A DNA stretch of 64,000 nt, taken from positions 350,866 through 414,865 of the forward strand of contig CP011209.1 in the NCBI GenBank assembly GCA_001029635.1, given 5' to 3'. A program made the position numbers and the translations under genes. This DNA is from Candidatus Wolfebacteria bacterium GW2011_GWB1_47_1 (GTDB taxonomy: Bacteria; Patescibacteriota; Minisyncoccia; UBA6257; UBA9933). Position 1 is the stretch's first letter. Each line of letters opens with the position of its first letter. This document shows positions 46,646-58,114 of the stretch, in pieces. The notes beneath the pieces were generated by a model, which saw only the letters and a list, made by a program, of their open reading frames with translations, was not told where the DNA came from and did not search any database.

Positions 46646-48201
46646 GCGATAACAAACAACCAACAACTTATAACCGACAACGGGGAAGAGAGGATAATCC
46701 GCAATCTGCAATCTGCAATCCGCAATACTCACTCTATTCCCGAGGACAACTTTCTATACAGGTATTGCTTTATGGGGCGATTACGATCCTTGCACTTACC
46801 GGATTTTTGACGTGGACTGATTCGGTGATTAATTCCGTCTATCGTGAGGCCGATCGCGCACAAGCGCTTTCGATCGCTGAAGCTGGTATTGAATACTATC
46901 GGTGGCATCTTGCCCATGCGCCAGAGGATTTTCAGGATGGTACCGGACAGCCTGGTCCGTATACGCATGAGTATATTGATCGGTCGGGCTCCGTTGTGGG
47001 TACGTATACGCTTGCCATCACTCCACCTATTCCCGGATCTACGGTCGTAACGATCGAATCTACGGGTGCGCTTGCTTCTAATTCTGACATCGAGAAGGTT
47101 GTGCGTGTACGTATGGGTATACCTTCTTTTGCAAAATATGCGGCAGTGCTTAACGCAAACGTACGTTTTGGACAGGGGACGGAGATATTTGGCGAAGTCC
47201 ATTCCAATGGAGGAGTGCGATTTGATGGTATCGCGCATAATCTTGTGACGAGTGCTCAAGATCAATATGATGATCCCGATCACACCGGACAGAAGGAATT
47301 CGGCGTGCATACCCACGTGAATGTCCCTCCTGCGACGGGTGTTACTGATACGGTGCGAACACTTGAATCTCCACCTGCCGCATCCATGGATCGTTCGGAC
47401 GTGTTTTTAGTTGGGCGGCAATTCCCTGTACCTGCGGTTGATTTTGCGGGCATTACAACCAATCTTTCCCAGATCAAGACCGATGCTCAAGCGAGTGGTT
47501 TTTATCGTCCTACATCGACCACCGGATTAGGATACGAGATTATTTTGAAGATTGATGACACGTTTGATCTCTATCGTGTTAATTCGCTCATCACTCCTCC
47601 AAGTAATTGTACAAATACTGCAGGACAGGACGGATGGGGGACTTGGAGCATTAATACTAAGACGCTTCTTGGGAACTACCCTATGCCTGCAAATGGTCTC
47701 ATTTTTATGGAAGACAATATCTGGGTCAGCGGACGGATTGATGGTGTTCGTGTTACGATCGCGGCTGCGCGATTTCCAGATAATGCCGTAACCAGACCAA
47801 GTATTACGGTAAACAGCGACCTCCTATATACCAGTTACACAGGGAATGATGTCATTTCGCTCATTGCACAAAAGAACATCAATATCGGTTTGATCAGTTC
47901 TGATATATTACGTATCGATGCGGCGTTAATGGCGCAAAATGGCCGTGTCGGCCGGTATTATTATCAGGGTCCGACGACGAGTCCAAACCGGACTAATTGT
48001 TCGCCAAATCATGCACGAACACAAATCACTTCGTATGGCATGCTGGGGTCTAATCAGCGATATGGATTTGCCTATACTGACTCCACCGGGTATGCAACGC
48101 GCAGTCTGATATACGACACCAACTTACTCTACGGGCCACCGCCTAGTTTCCCAATCACGACGGATGCGTACAAAATCGTTTCATGGGAAGAAATTAAGTA
48201 G
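46642..48201 (+). CDS. Pilus-operon membrane-anchored protein (519 aa), hypothetical
   Basis: ATGA-coupled to the upstream pseudopilin. Single N-terminal TM helix after a 35-aa tail. Contains the heptamer repeat at 46700-46727. Confidence 0.6.
   Translation: MSDNKQPTTYNRQRGREDNPQSAICNPQYSLYSRGQLSIQVLLYGAITILALTGFLTWTDSVINSVYREADRAQALSIAEAGIEYYRWHLAHAPEDFQDGTGQPGPYTHEYIDRSGSVVGTYTLAITPPIPGSTVVTIESTGALASNSDIEKVVRVRMGIPSFAKYAAVLNANVRFGQGTEIFGEVHSNGGVRFDGIAHNLVTSAQDQYDDPDHTGQKEFGVHTHVNVPPATGVTDTVRTLESPPAASMDRSDVFLVGRQFPVPAVDFAGITTNLSQIKTDAQASGFYRPTSTTGLGYEIILKIDDTFDLYRVNSLITPPSNCTNTAGQDGWGTWSINTKTLLGNYPMPANGLIFMEDNIWVSGRIDGVRVTIAAARFPDNAVTRPSITVNSDLLYTSYTGNDVISLIAQKNINIGLISSDILRIDAALMAQNGRVGRYYYQGPTTSPNRTNCSPNHARTQITSYGMLGSNQRYGFAYTDSTGYATRSLIYDTNLLYGPPPSFPITTDAYKIVSWEEIK
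46700..46727 (+). repeat. Tandem heptanucleotide repeat (GCAATCT x2, GCAATCC, GCAATAC) inside the 5' coding region of the 46642 gene
   Basis: gcaatctgcaatctgcaatccgcaatac. The unit length is not a multiple of 3. Confidence 0.8.
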
Positions 48202-48319
48202 CGCGCAAATGCGCGGGTCATTCCGGTGGAGACAGGGGATTGTTGCCGGTAATATCATCTTATAGTATAATAATCAGTAAACGGAAAGGTCGAGGATTAT
48301 ATCATCATTTTCATCACCA

Positions 48320-48754
48320 ATGAACAAAGTTTTATCACGAAAAGGATTTACCTTGATCGAATTGCTCGTCGTTATCGGCATCATCGCGATCTTGGCTGGT
48401 GTGGTTATCGTCGCGCTTAACCCGGGACGACAGTTCGCACAGGCACGCAACACGCAGCGTTGGAGCAATGTAAATACCATCCTGAATGCAGTCAGTCAGA
48501 ATATGTCTGACAACAGGGGGAACTTTACATGCGCAGCCGGCATATTGCCTGCTACTAGTACCGAAATGGGAACCGCGGGATATGACATCGAAGGATGCAT
48601 CTCTCCGACCTACGTATCAGTCATGCCGACCGATCCGACCGCCGGAACTGCGGCGAATACCCATTATTATATTTCGTATAGCTCATCAACGCGTCGCGTC
48701 ACAATCAGTGCACCGGAGGCGGAGTTGAGTGAGTCTATTACGGTTACCCGCTAA
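48320..48754 (+). CDS. Type IV pilin (major pilin candidate 1)
   Basis: MNKVLSRKGFTLIELLVVIGIIAILAGVVIVAL: short leader, G|F cleavage site, Glu5. 144 aa. Confidence 0.8.
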   Translation: MNKVLSRKGFTLIELLVVIGIIAILAGVVIVALNPGRQFAQARNTQRWSNVNTILNAVSQNMSDNRGNFTCAAGILPATSTEMGTAGYDIEGCISPTYVSVMPTDPTAGTAANTHYYISYSSSTRRVTISAPEAELSESITVTR

Positions 48755-48769
48755 AAATAGAACACTTTA

Positions 48770-48868
48770 CTTGGCGAACTGCTATGTTACGGGTCCCAAT
48801 CGATTTGGTCGCAGTACTTCTGTATAGCTTCCGTATCGATCTTCCCGTGTCTTGTATTTCACTTAAGC
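48770..48868 (+). ncRNA. Conserved structured RNA-like element, copy b, 3' of pilin 1
   Basis: TTGGCGAACTGCTATGTTACGGGTCCC...GGTCGCAGTAC...CTTCCGTATCGATCTTCCCGTGTC...TTTCACTTAAGC. Confidence 0.5.
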
Positions 48869-48998
48869 AAATTCGATCTATGTAATAAAAAAAATCGTCC
48901 TGTGAGGGGGCGATTTTTTATGCGTTGGTGAAGTATGCGTAATGGAAAAAATAAACCACATATTCTATAATGTGAGTAATCAATTTTTATCGTCATTT

Positions 48999-49430
48999 AT
49001 GAAAAAAAATCTCACAAAAGGATTTACTTTGATCGAATTGCTCGTTGTTATCGGCATCATCGCGATCTTGGCTGGTGTGGTCATCGTCGCGCTCAACCCG
49101 GGACGACAGTTCGCACAGGCACGCAATACGCAGCGTTGGAGCAACGTGAATTCCATTCTTAATGCCATAAGTCAGAATATGGCGGACAATAAGGGTCTGT
49201 TTACTTGCGCTTCCGGCGCATTGCCGACTACCACGACAGAGATCGGGAGTGGCGTGTATAACCTTGAGCCGTGTATTTCGCCCGATTATATTTCTATTAT
49301 GCCGATGGATCCGACGGATGGCACCGCCATCAATACAGGATACTTCCTTTCCTATAGCACTACGACCAGGCGCGTGACCGTTGAGTCTCCCGGCGCAGAG
49401 CTGAGCGAGGTTATTAGTGTAATTCGATAA
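48999..49430 (+). CDS. Type IV pilin (paralog 2)
   Basis: MKKNLTKGFTLIELLVVIGIIAILAG... The first ~135 nt after the leader are ~95% identical to pilin 1 and the C-terminal halves diverge. The track start 48942 gives an overlong leader. Confidence 0.75.
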   Translation: MKKNLTKGFTLIELLVVIGIIAILAGVVIVALNPGRQFAQARNTQRWSNVNSILNAISQNMADNKGLFTCASGALPTTTTEIGSGVYNLEPCISPDYISIMPMDPTDGTAINTGYFLSYSTTTRRVTVESPGAELSEVISVIR

Positions 49431-49445
49431 GGCAGAATATAGTTG

Positions 49446-49544
49446 CTTGGCGAATTGCTTCGTTACGGGGCCCAATCGATTTGGTCACGGTACTTTTGTA
49501 CAGCTTCCGTATCGATCTTCCCGTGTCCTGTATTTCATTTAAAT
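49446..49544 (+). ncRNA. Conserved structured RNA-like element, copy c, 3' of pilin 2
   Basis: About 92% identical to copy b. Confidence 0.5.
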
Positions 49545-49679
49545 AAATACGTTCTGCAACTGTAAAAATAGCTGTCAGCGCGCTCTTCTTGTTGATTGCG
49601 GTTTTTGTTGACTCCGTGGAGTTTTTGCGGTATGACTGAATCAGTAGTTTTATCTTCAGTTTTGAGGGAGGTGGTCTGC

Positions 49680-49961
49680 ATGGGGAGTCATTGTGGGAAA
49701 AAACGCAAACCCCTTACAAAGACCCAAGCACTTAAAATCCATGCAAAGGGACGGGCTAGTACGCGATATCATTTTGTGCTTACTCGCGAGGATATCCGAA
49801 CCCTTGTGAGAATGATCCAAGACGGGAAGGGAAGATTCATTGAAAAACAATCAAACCGGGTTACCCGGTGGAGTGTCGAGTATTGTGATATCACATGGAA
49901 CCTTGTTTATGACAAGATACGCCATACGCTTATCACCTGCCTGCCTCTCAAAAAGGAATGA
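49680..49961 (+). CDS. Hypothetical protein (93 aa)
   Basis: GAGGGAGG SD upstream of ATG 49680. The track ORF 49596 is extended. Confidence 0.4.
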   Translation: MGSHCGKKRKPLTKTQALKIHAKGRASTRYHFVLTREDIRTLVRMIQDGKGRFIEKQSNRVTRWSVEYCDITWNLVYDKIRHTLITCLPLKKE

Positions 49962-50034
49962 CGGATATGATCCGGGCTTTTTTGTTGATTTTATGCGGGA
50001 ATTGTGGGAAAATAGAGACCGTGGCGTCTTAATA

Positions 50035-50307
50035 ATGGCTAATGAGAAAAAAAGTACAATGGAGCCCCAAACTCCTTCGTGGCAACCGGGCATGCAGCTG
50101 TTTCTTAGGTTGAGCGGTTGGATCGGCTTCCCCGTGCTTATTGCGGTGGTTGTCGGCAACTATTTGGATACACTGTACCACACGGACCCGTGGCTTTTTT
50201 TATTGAGTGTGGGGATCGCATTTGTCGTCTCGACGTTTGCATTGATTCACTATGGGCTTAAAGAGATGAAGCGCATCGAGTCGGAATATCCCGATAAGCG
50301 CAATTGA
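50035..50307 (+). CDS. Putative ATP synthase protein I / AtpZ-like small membrane protein
   Basis: 90 aa, two TM helices (WIGFPVLIAVVVGNYLD, WLFLLSVGIAFVVSTFALI). TGA/TTG-overlap coupled into atpB. Confidence 0.45.
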   Translation: MANEKKSTMEPQTPSWQPGMQLFLRLSGWIGFPVLIAVVVGNYLDTLYHTDPWLFLLSVGIAFVVSTFALIHYGLKEMKRIESEYPDKRN

Positions 50308-50318
50308 TATATATCGAC

Positions 50319-51155
50319 ATGTCAGCACACGCAGAACCGACAACCCAACAGGAAGTATCGCACGAGGCGACGTTGTTTGCGGAACCTATCGCGCATGCGG
50401 GACCTTTTGTCATCACGAATTCATTGGTCATGAGCTGGGCTACCGTACTTGCGCTGGTTGTTGCGTTTATGTTTATCGGTAAGAAGATGCAGCGGGTTCC
50501 CAGGGGGTTGCAAAATATATTCGAGATCCTTTTGGAGCAGGCATTCGGACTCGCGGATACCGTTACCGGTAGTCGGGCGAAGAGTGAAAAGTTTCTGCCG
50601 ATTGTACTCGCCTTGTTCTTGTTTATTCTAATCAACAATTGGCTTGGACTATTGCCCGGAGTCGGTACCGTGGGGTTTGTGGAGACCGAGGGAGGGCATT
50701 CGGCATTTGTGCCGATCTTACGGGGAGGAACGGCGGACATCAATACGACCCTTGCCATATCGCTCTTTGCGGTCATTACATCTCATTTGTTTGGAGTCAT
50801 TTCCTTGGGTATCTGGAAGCACCTGAATAAATTCGTGAATATCCATGCATTTATGGAGATCCCGAAAAAAATTAAAGAGGACCCGGTTATCGTTCTGGTT
50901 AATCCAATCAAGGCCTTTGTCGGGATCATTGAGATGGTAGGGGAGCTCGCCAAGGTTGCATCGCTTTCTCTTCGATTGTTTGGGAACATCTTTGCGGGTG
51001 AAGTACTGCTTGCATCGATGATGGCCATCTTTGCCTTTATCCTCCCGCTCCCCTTCATGTTCATGGAGATCATCGTGGGTATGGTACAGGCGTTGGTGTT
51101 TTCTATTTTGACGCTGGCGTTTTTCGGGATAGCTACGAGTGCCGAAGAACACTAA
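50319..51155 (+). CDS. atpB: F0F1 ATP synthase subunit a
   Basis: Conserved Arg in LSLRLFGNIFAGE and 5 TM helices. Confidence 0.85.
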   Translation: MSAHAEPTTQQEVSHEATLFAEPIAHAGPFVITNSLVMSWATVLALVVAFMFIGKKMQRVPRGLQNIFEILLEQAFGLADTVTGSRAKSEKFLPIVLALFLFILINNWLGLLPGVGTVGFVETEGGHSAFVPILRGGTADINTTLAISLFAVITSHLFGVISLGIWKHLNKFVNIHAFMEIPKKIKEDPVIVLVNPIKAFVGIIEMVGELAKVASLSLRLFGNIFAGEVLLASMMAIFAFILPLPFMFMEIIVGMVQALVFSILTLAFFGIATSAEEH

Positions 51156-51167
51156 GTGTAAAACTTG

Positions 51168-51274
51168 TGCCTTTAGCGAATTGCTTTGTTGCGGGGCCCC
51201 GGCACTGCGGTCGTCGTACCGGTAAGTACGCCTTCCTTATGCCGCTCCCGCGCCGCGCACTTCATCTAAAGGCA
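51168..51274 (+). ncRNA. Conserved structured RNA-like element, copy d, between atpB and atpE
   Basis: Enclosed by a 9-bp stem TGCCTTTAG...CTAAAGGCA. Core GCGAATTGCTTTGTTGCGGGGCCCC...CGTACCGGTAAGTACG...CCGCTCCCGCGCC...CACTTCATCTAAA. Confidence 0.5.
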
Positions 51275-51344
51275 GAAGTTTTAAGGATATAAAAATAAAT
51301 TTATTTAATGAAGGACAAAAAGTATCGCCCATTCCGTTTTGTAA

Positions 51345-51599
<255 letters not shown>

Positions 51600-51712
51600 T
51601 GCGCTTGTTTGCGCATTACTGTGCTATGGGTCCCTACCAACTTGGTCGTTGTATCGGTAAACACAGCTTCCTCGTCGGTTTTCCCATGCCTTGTACTGCA
51701 TCGAACAATCCT
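51600..51712 (+). ncRNA. Conserved structured RNA-like element, copy e, between atpE and atpF
   Basis: GCGCTTGTTTGCGC...TGTGCTATGGGTCCC...GGTCGTTGTATCGGTAAACACAGCTTCC...TTTTCCCATGCC...TGCATCGAACAATCC. Confidence 0.45.
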
Positions 51713-51744
51713 ATTATTTTTCATAATTGCTTGTTTTATTTGCC

Positions 51745-52236
51745 ATGGAAGAATTAATCAAAACATTTCATATTGATTGGAAGTTGATCATCGCGCAGTT
51801 GGTCAATTTTGCGATCGTATTGTTTGTGCTTAAGCGGTATGCGTATGGTCCGGTACTCAAAATGATGACTGAACGAAGCGACAAGATAGAAAAAGGCATC
51901 AAGGACGCGGAGCATGCACATAAGAAGCTTGCTGAAATTGCCGACAAAGAAAAAGAGGTGTTGGTCGAGGCACGCAAGCAGGCGAGCGAGATCATTATCG
52001 CTGCAGAGGCTATTGCGCTCAAGAATAAGGAAGTGATCATCGCAGAGTCTAAACAACAGGCAGAGAAGATGCTTTCCGATGCCGCACGGAAAATGGAGGC
52101 TGAAAAAAACCAGATGATGCAGGAGATCCGCACACAGATTGCTGATCTAATTGTTATCGCAACAGAAAAAATCATCGATGAAAAGATGACTACCGACAAG
52201 GATAAGGTCATTATCAATAATGCAATCAACGGATGA
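51745..52236 (+). CDS. atpF: F0F1 ATP synthase subunit b
   Basis: N-terminal TM helix then a long charged coiled coil. Confidence 0.8.
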   Translation: MEELIKTFHIDWKLIIAQLVNFAIVLFVLKRYAYGPVLKMMTERSDKIEKGIKDAEHAHKKLAEIADKEKEVLVEARKQASEIIIAAEAIALKNKEVIIAESKQQAEKMLSDAARKMEAEKNQMMQEIRTQIADLIVIATEKIIDEKMTTDKDKVIINNAING

Positions 52237-52652
52237 AAACAACTTCCATACAATACGCACGGGCGCTGTTCGAGTCTACTACAGGAAAAGAGCCGCATGA
52301 AACTGACGCCATTATCGGCCGGTTTGCCGACCAGTTGCGACGCGACGGGCAGGTGAGTCGACTTGCATCCATTATTGCCTCATTTGAAATGCTGTGGAAC
52401 AAGGAATATGGCATTGTCGAAGCGATTGTTACAAGCCGTGATCGTTTGGATGATGCTACTCGAGCCAACATTATGCAATTTGTCATGCATCGCTATCGGG
52501 CGAAGCAGGTGGAGATTGTAGAACGCGTCGATGCGTCAATTCGAGGAGGTGTCGTTATTCGGGTGGGTGATGAGATACTGGACGGCAGTATCTCATCACA
52601 ACTTAAAAAATTGAAAAAGAATCTCGCCGGTACGGGCGTAACGCAATCATGA
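52233..52652 (+). CDS. atpH: F0F1 ATP synthase subunit delta (short form)
   Basis: Position between atpF and atpA with ATGA overlap. OSCP-like C-terminus. Confidence 0.7.
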   Translation: MKTTSIQYARALFESTTGKEPHETDAIIGRFADQLRRDGQVSRLASIIASFEMLWNKEYGIVEAIVTSRDRLDDATRANIMQFVMHRYRAKQVEIVERVDASIRGGVVIRVGDEILDGSISSQLKKLKKNLAGTGVTQS

Positions 52653-54151
52653 ACAAAGACCATATCATCGAACAACTGAAAAAGCAGATCGAACAGTTTA
52701 CTCCCGGTACGGATGTCGAGCGGGTCGGCAATGTGATCGAAGTAGGTGACGGTATCGCGCGCGTAAGCGGACTTTCTTCTATTATGGCATCGGAAATGGT
52801 CGAATTTTCCAATGGCGAATTTGGCGTAGCGCTCAATCTTGAAGAGACTGTGGTCGGCATCATGGTGCTTGGTGATTATTTGCGCATCAAGGAGGGCGAT
52901 ACGGTGAAGTCCACCGGGAAGATTCTTTCCATCCCCGTGTCCGAAAAGATGGTCGGGCGTGTTATTGATCCGCTTGGCAATGCTGTAGATGGAAAGGGTG
53001 ATATCGTTTCCGATGTGTATTATCCGGTTGAAAAGATCGCTCCGGGTGTCATTACACGCAAGTCGGTGCATCAGCCGGTGCAGACGGGCATCAAGGCGAT
53101 CGACGCCATGATACCGATCGGACGCGGGCAACGCGAACTGATCATCGGTGACCGCCAAACCGGAAAGACTGCTATCGCGATCGATACGATCATTAATCAG
53201 AAAGGGCAAAACATGAAGTGTATTTATGTCGCCATCGGACAGAAGGAGTCAAAGATCGCGCGCATCGTGGGTGAGCTTGAGAAAAAAGGAGCCATGGAAT
53301 ACACCACGGTCATCGTGGCTGGCGCATCTGATAGTTCTGCGCTTTCGTTTATTTCCCCCTATTCGGGCTGCGCATTGGGAGAATATTTTATGGACAAGGG
53401 TGAGGATGTTCTTGTCGTTTTTGACGACCTTTCCCGACATGCGTGGGCGTATCGTCAGATCTCGCTCATTTTGAAGCGACCGCCGGGACGCGAAGCATAT
53501 CCGGGAGACGTCTTTTATTTGCACTCCCGTTTATTGGAGCGAAGCGCCAAGCTGAACGAAGATTACGGCGGTGGCTCCATGACGGCGTTGCCAATTATTG
53601 AAACGCAGGCAGGGGACGTATCGGCCTATATTCCAACCAACGTCATTTCTATTACCGATGGACAGATCTTCCTTGAATCTGATCTGTTTTATAAAGGCAT
53701 CCGACCGGCTTTGAACGTGGGTATTTCAGTATCGCGTGTCGGTTCCAGTGCCCAGATCAAGGCAATGAAGAAGGTTGCCGGCAAGTTGCGCCTCGATCTT
53801 GCCCAGTTTCGAGAACTTGAAGCGTTTGCACAGTTTGGATCTGATCTTGATGAGAAGACCCGGGCGCAGATCGAACGTGGACGTCGCACGGTTGAGATAT
53901 TGAAACAGGGACAGTACGAGCCGATGGCCGTTGAGCATCAGGTTGCGATCTTGTATGCGCTGACCAATGGATTTTTGGATGACGTGGCCGTCGACCAGGT
54001 CATTGCGTGGGAAAAGGCATTCCACTCCTATCTTAAATCGCAGGCACAGGAGGTTATTGATCTGATCACCAAGAAGAAGGAGCTTTCTGATGATGTCGTT
54101 GCGGCTCTCGAGAAGGCGATTATCGAGTTCAAAGAAACACAGCAGGGATAA
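52649..54151 (+). CDS. atpA: F0F1 ATP synthase subunit alpha
   Basis: GDRQTGKT Walker A and the alpha-specific C-terminal region. Confidence 0.95.
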   Translation: MNKDHIIEQLKKQIEQFTPGTDVERVGNVIEVGDGIARVSGLSSIMASEMVEFSNGEFGVALNLEETVVGIMVLGDYLRIKEGDTVKSTGKILSIPVSEKMVGRVIDPLGNAVDGKGDIVSDVYYPVEKIAPGVITRKSVHQPVQTGIKAIDAMIPIGRGQRELIIGDRQTGKTAIAIDTIINQKGQNMKCIYVAIGQKESKIARIVGELEKKGAMEYTTVIVAGASDSSALSFISPYSGCALGEYFMDKGEDVLVVFDDLSRHAWAYRQISLILKRPPGREAYPGDVFYLHSRLLERSAKLNEDYGGGSMTALPIIETQAGDVSAYIPTNVISITDGQIFLESDLFYKGIRPALNVGISVSRVGSSAQIKAMKKVAGKLRLDLAQFRELEAFAQFGSDLDEKTRAQIERGRRTVEILKQGQYEPMAVEHQVAILYALTNGFLDDVAVDQVIAWEKAFHSYLKSQAQEVIDLITKKKELSDDVVAALEKAIIEFKETQQG

Positions 54152-54232
54152 CGAAAAAGGAAAAAGGGAAAATGGGCAATTGTATTTGAGCCCCCCCTAT
54201 TTCCTATTCCGTTCTTAATTTTACACGCAATT

Positions 54233-56594
<2,362 letters not shown>

Positions 56595-56624
56595 TCCTAT
56601 CAATTTTAAATTTCAAATTAACGC

Positions 56625-57086
56625 ATGAGTTCGCAAATACAATTTAAAATCGTAACTCCCGAGGGTACCGTACATGAGAGTAGTGTCGACCAGGCGACTC
56701 TGCCTGTGGTTAGCGGACAGGTTACTATTCTCCCGGGGCATCGATCATACATCGCCGCACTTAAAGCGGGCGAGGTTGTGTTAAAAAAAGGGAGCGAGGA
56801 AACACATATTGCAACTTCGGGAGGATTCGTCGAGTTTAATAATAATACACTGGTGGTTCTTGCCGATACGGCAGAACGTGCGGATGCGATCGACATTGCC
56901 CGTGCCGAAGCTGCCCGTAAGCGTGCTGAAGCATTGAAGAAAGAGAAGGTTTCCATGAGTGAATTGGAATATGCCAAGGTTGCGGCCAGTATCGAGAAAG
57001 AAGCTGCGCGTATCCGCGTTGCGCGAAAGCATCGCACAAGGCATGGGGCGCATATCGAGCACGCCGATCAGTCCGATTCCATGTAA
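56625..57086 (+). CDS. atpC: F0F1 ATP synthase subunit epsilon (with extended C-terminal helical region)
   Basis: Beta-sandwich N-terminus IVTPEG, helical C-terminus. 153 aa. Confidence 0.8.
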   Translation: MSSQIQFKIVTPEGTVHESSVDQATLPVVSGQVTILPGHRSYIAALKAGEVVLKKGSEETHIATSGGFVEFNNNTLVVLADTAERADAIDIARAEAARKRAEALKKEKVSMSELEYAKVAASIEKEAARIRVARKHRTRHGAHIEHADQSDSM

Positions 57087-57111
57087 CGGGTAAGCCACTA
57101 CTTGGTATTAT

Positions 57112-57147
57112 AAAAACCACCGTTGAAAAAGCAGCGGTGTTTTTTAT
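57112..57147 (+). terminator. Rho-independent terminator of the atp operon
   Basis: aaaaaccaccg-ttgaaaaagcag-cggtgtttttt. Confidence 0.55.
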
Positions 57148-57295
57148 TGTCCATCGCCAGGAGTCAAACCCCACGTAATTGATTGCCGATTTCAGTCAGC
57201 TGTTCTCGAAACATATCGACTTGCAGCCGATATGTTTTTCATTTTGTGCTGAGCGGAGTATACTGAATACGGTATACATCTAATACATATACGAT

Positions 57296-57553
57296 ATGTT
57301 ATTTGAATTTTACGGGGAAGAATGTTCTTTCTGTATTAAAATGAAGCCGCTCGTTGAGCGGCTCAAGAACGAGGAAAAGGTCGAGATCCAGTCATATGAG
57401 ACTTGGCATAATCCTGAGAATGTTAAAAAAATGCAGGAATACGACAAGGGTTTGTGCGGAGGGGTTCCTTTTTTCTTCAATACAGATACCGGCAAGCATA
57501 TCTGCGGAGGAACCGATTACGAGGCGCTCAAAAAATGGGCGACGGGGGAATAA
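57296..57553 (+). CDS. Glutaredoxin-like / thioredoxin-fold protein
   Basis: 85 aa. CSFC active-site CxxC near the N-terminus and a glutaredoxin-like GGVPFFF...G motif. Confidence 0.6.
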   Translation: MLFEFYGEECSFCIKMKPLVERLKNEEKVEIQSYETWHNPENVKKMQEYDKGLCGGVPFFFNTDTGKHICGGTDYEALKKWATGE

Positions 57554-57594
57554 TGTGGTATTATGAACATAATTAGTAATCACACACCACTTTT

Positions 57595-57987
57595 ATGGAT
57601 ACGAAAAAAGTAGTTCTTGTTGTTGATGATGTCCCCGAGATTATCGAGGTTATCACCACTGTGCTTTCACGGGATAATATCGAGTCGATCGTTGCAACGA
57701 GCGGGCATGAGGGTATCGATATGGCAAAGAAGCATAAGCCCAATCTGATCCTTCTTGATTTCAAAATGCCGGATATGGATGGTGCTGAAACGCTCCAAAA
57801 ACTTCGCCAAGATCCGGAAACAAAAGACATCAAGGTTATCTTTCTCACTGCGTTTGGCGATATCAAAAAGCTTGAAATGGAAATGGAGCCCGAGCATGCC
57901 GCAGTCATCGGCAATACCCCGGTCCTTCAAAAAGGAGGTGATATTGGCGTGTTGCGTGACACGATCCGCAAATATCTCGAAATGTAA
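57595..57987 (+). CDS. Stand-alone response-regulator receiver domain (CheY-like)
   Basis: VVLVVDDVPEIIE...ILLDFKMPDMDGAE...KVIFLTAFGD. No output domain. Confidence 0.75.
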   Translation: MDTKKVVLVVDDVPEIIEVITTVLSRDNIESIVATSGHEGIDMAKKHKPNLILLDFKMPDMDGAETLQKLRQDPETKDIKVIFLTAFGDIKKLEMEMEPEHAAVIGNTPVLQKGGDIGVLRDTIRKYLEM

Positions 57988-57989
57988 AA

Positions 57990-58018
57990 CAAAACAGCCC
58001 TTAGGGCTGTTTTTGCTT
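57990..58018 (+). terminator. Rho-independent terminator
   Basis: acagccct-ta-gggctgt followed by ttttgctttt. Confidence 0.55.
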
Positions 58019-58114
58019 TTACTGCAATATCTCAGGCGTTAACCAGCAGGAAGTCTATTTATTGTAAAAGGATTATTCCACCGTTATAATTAAGTCGTAG
58101 ATCTTAATACGATA

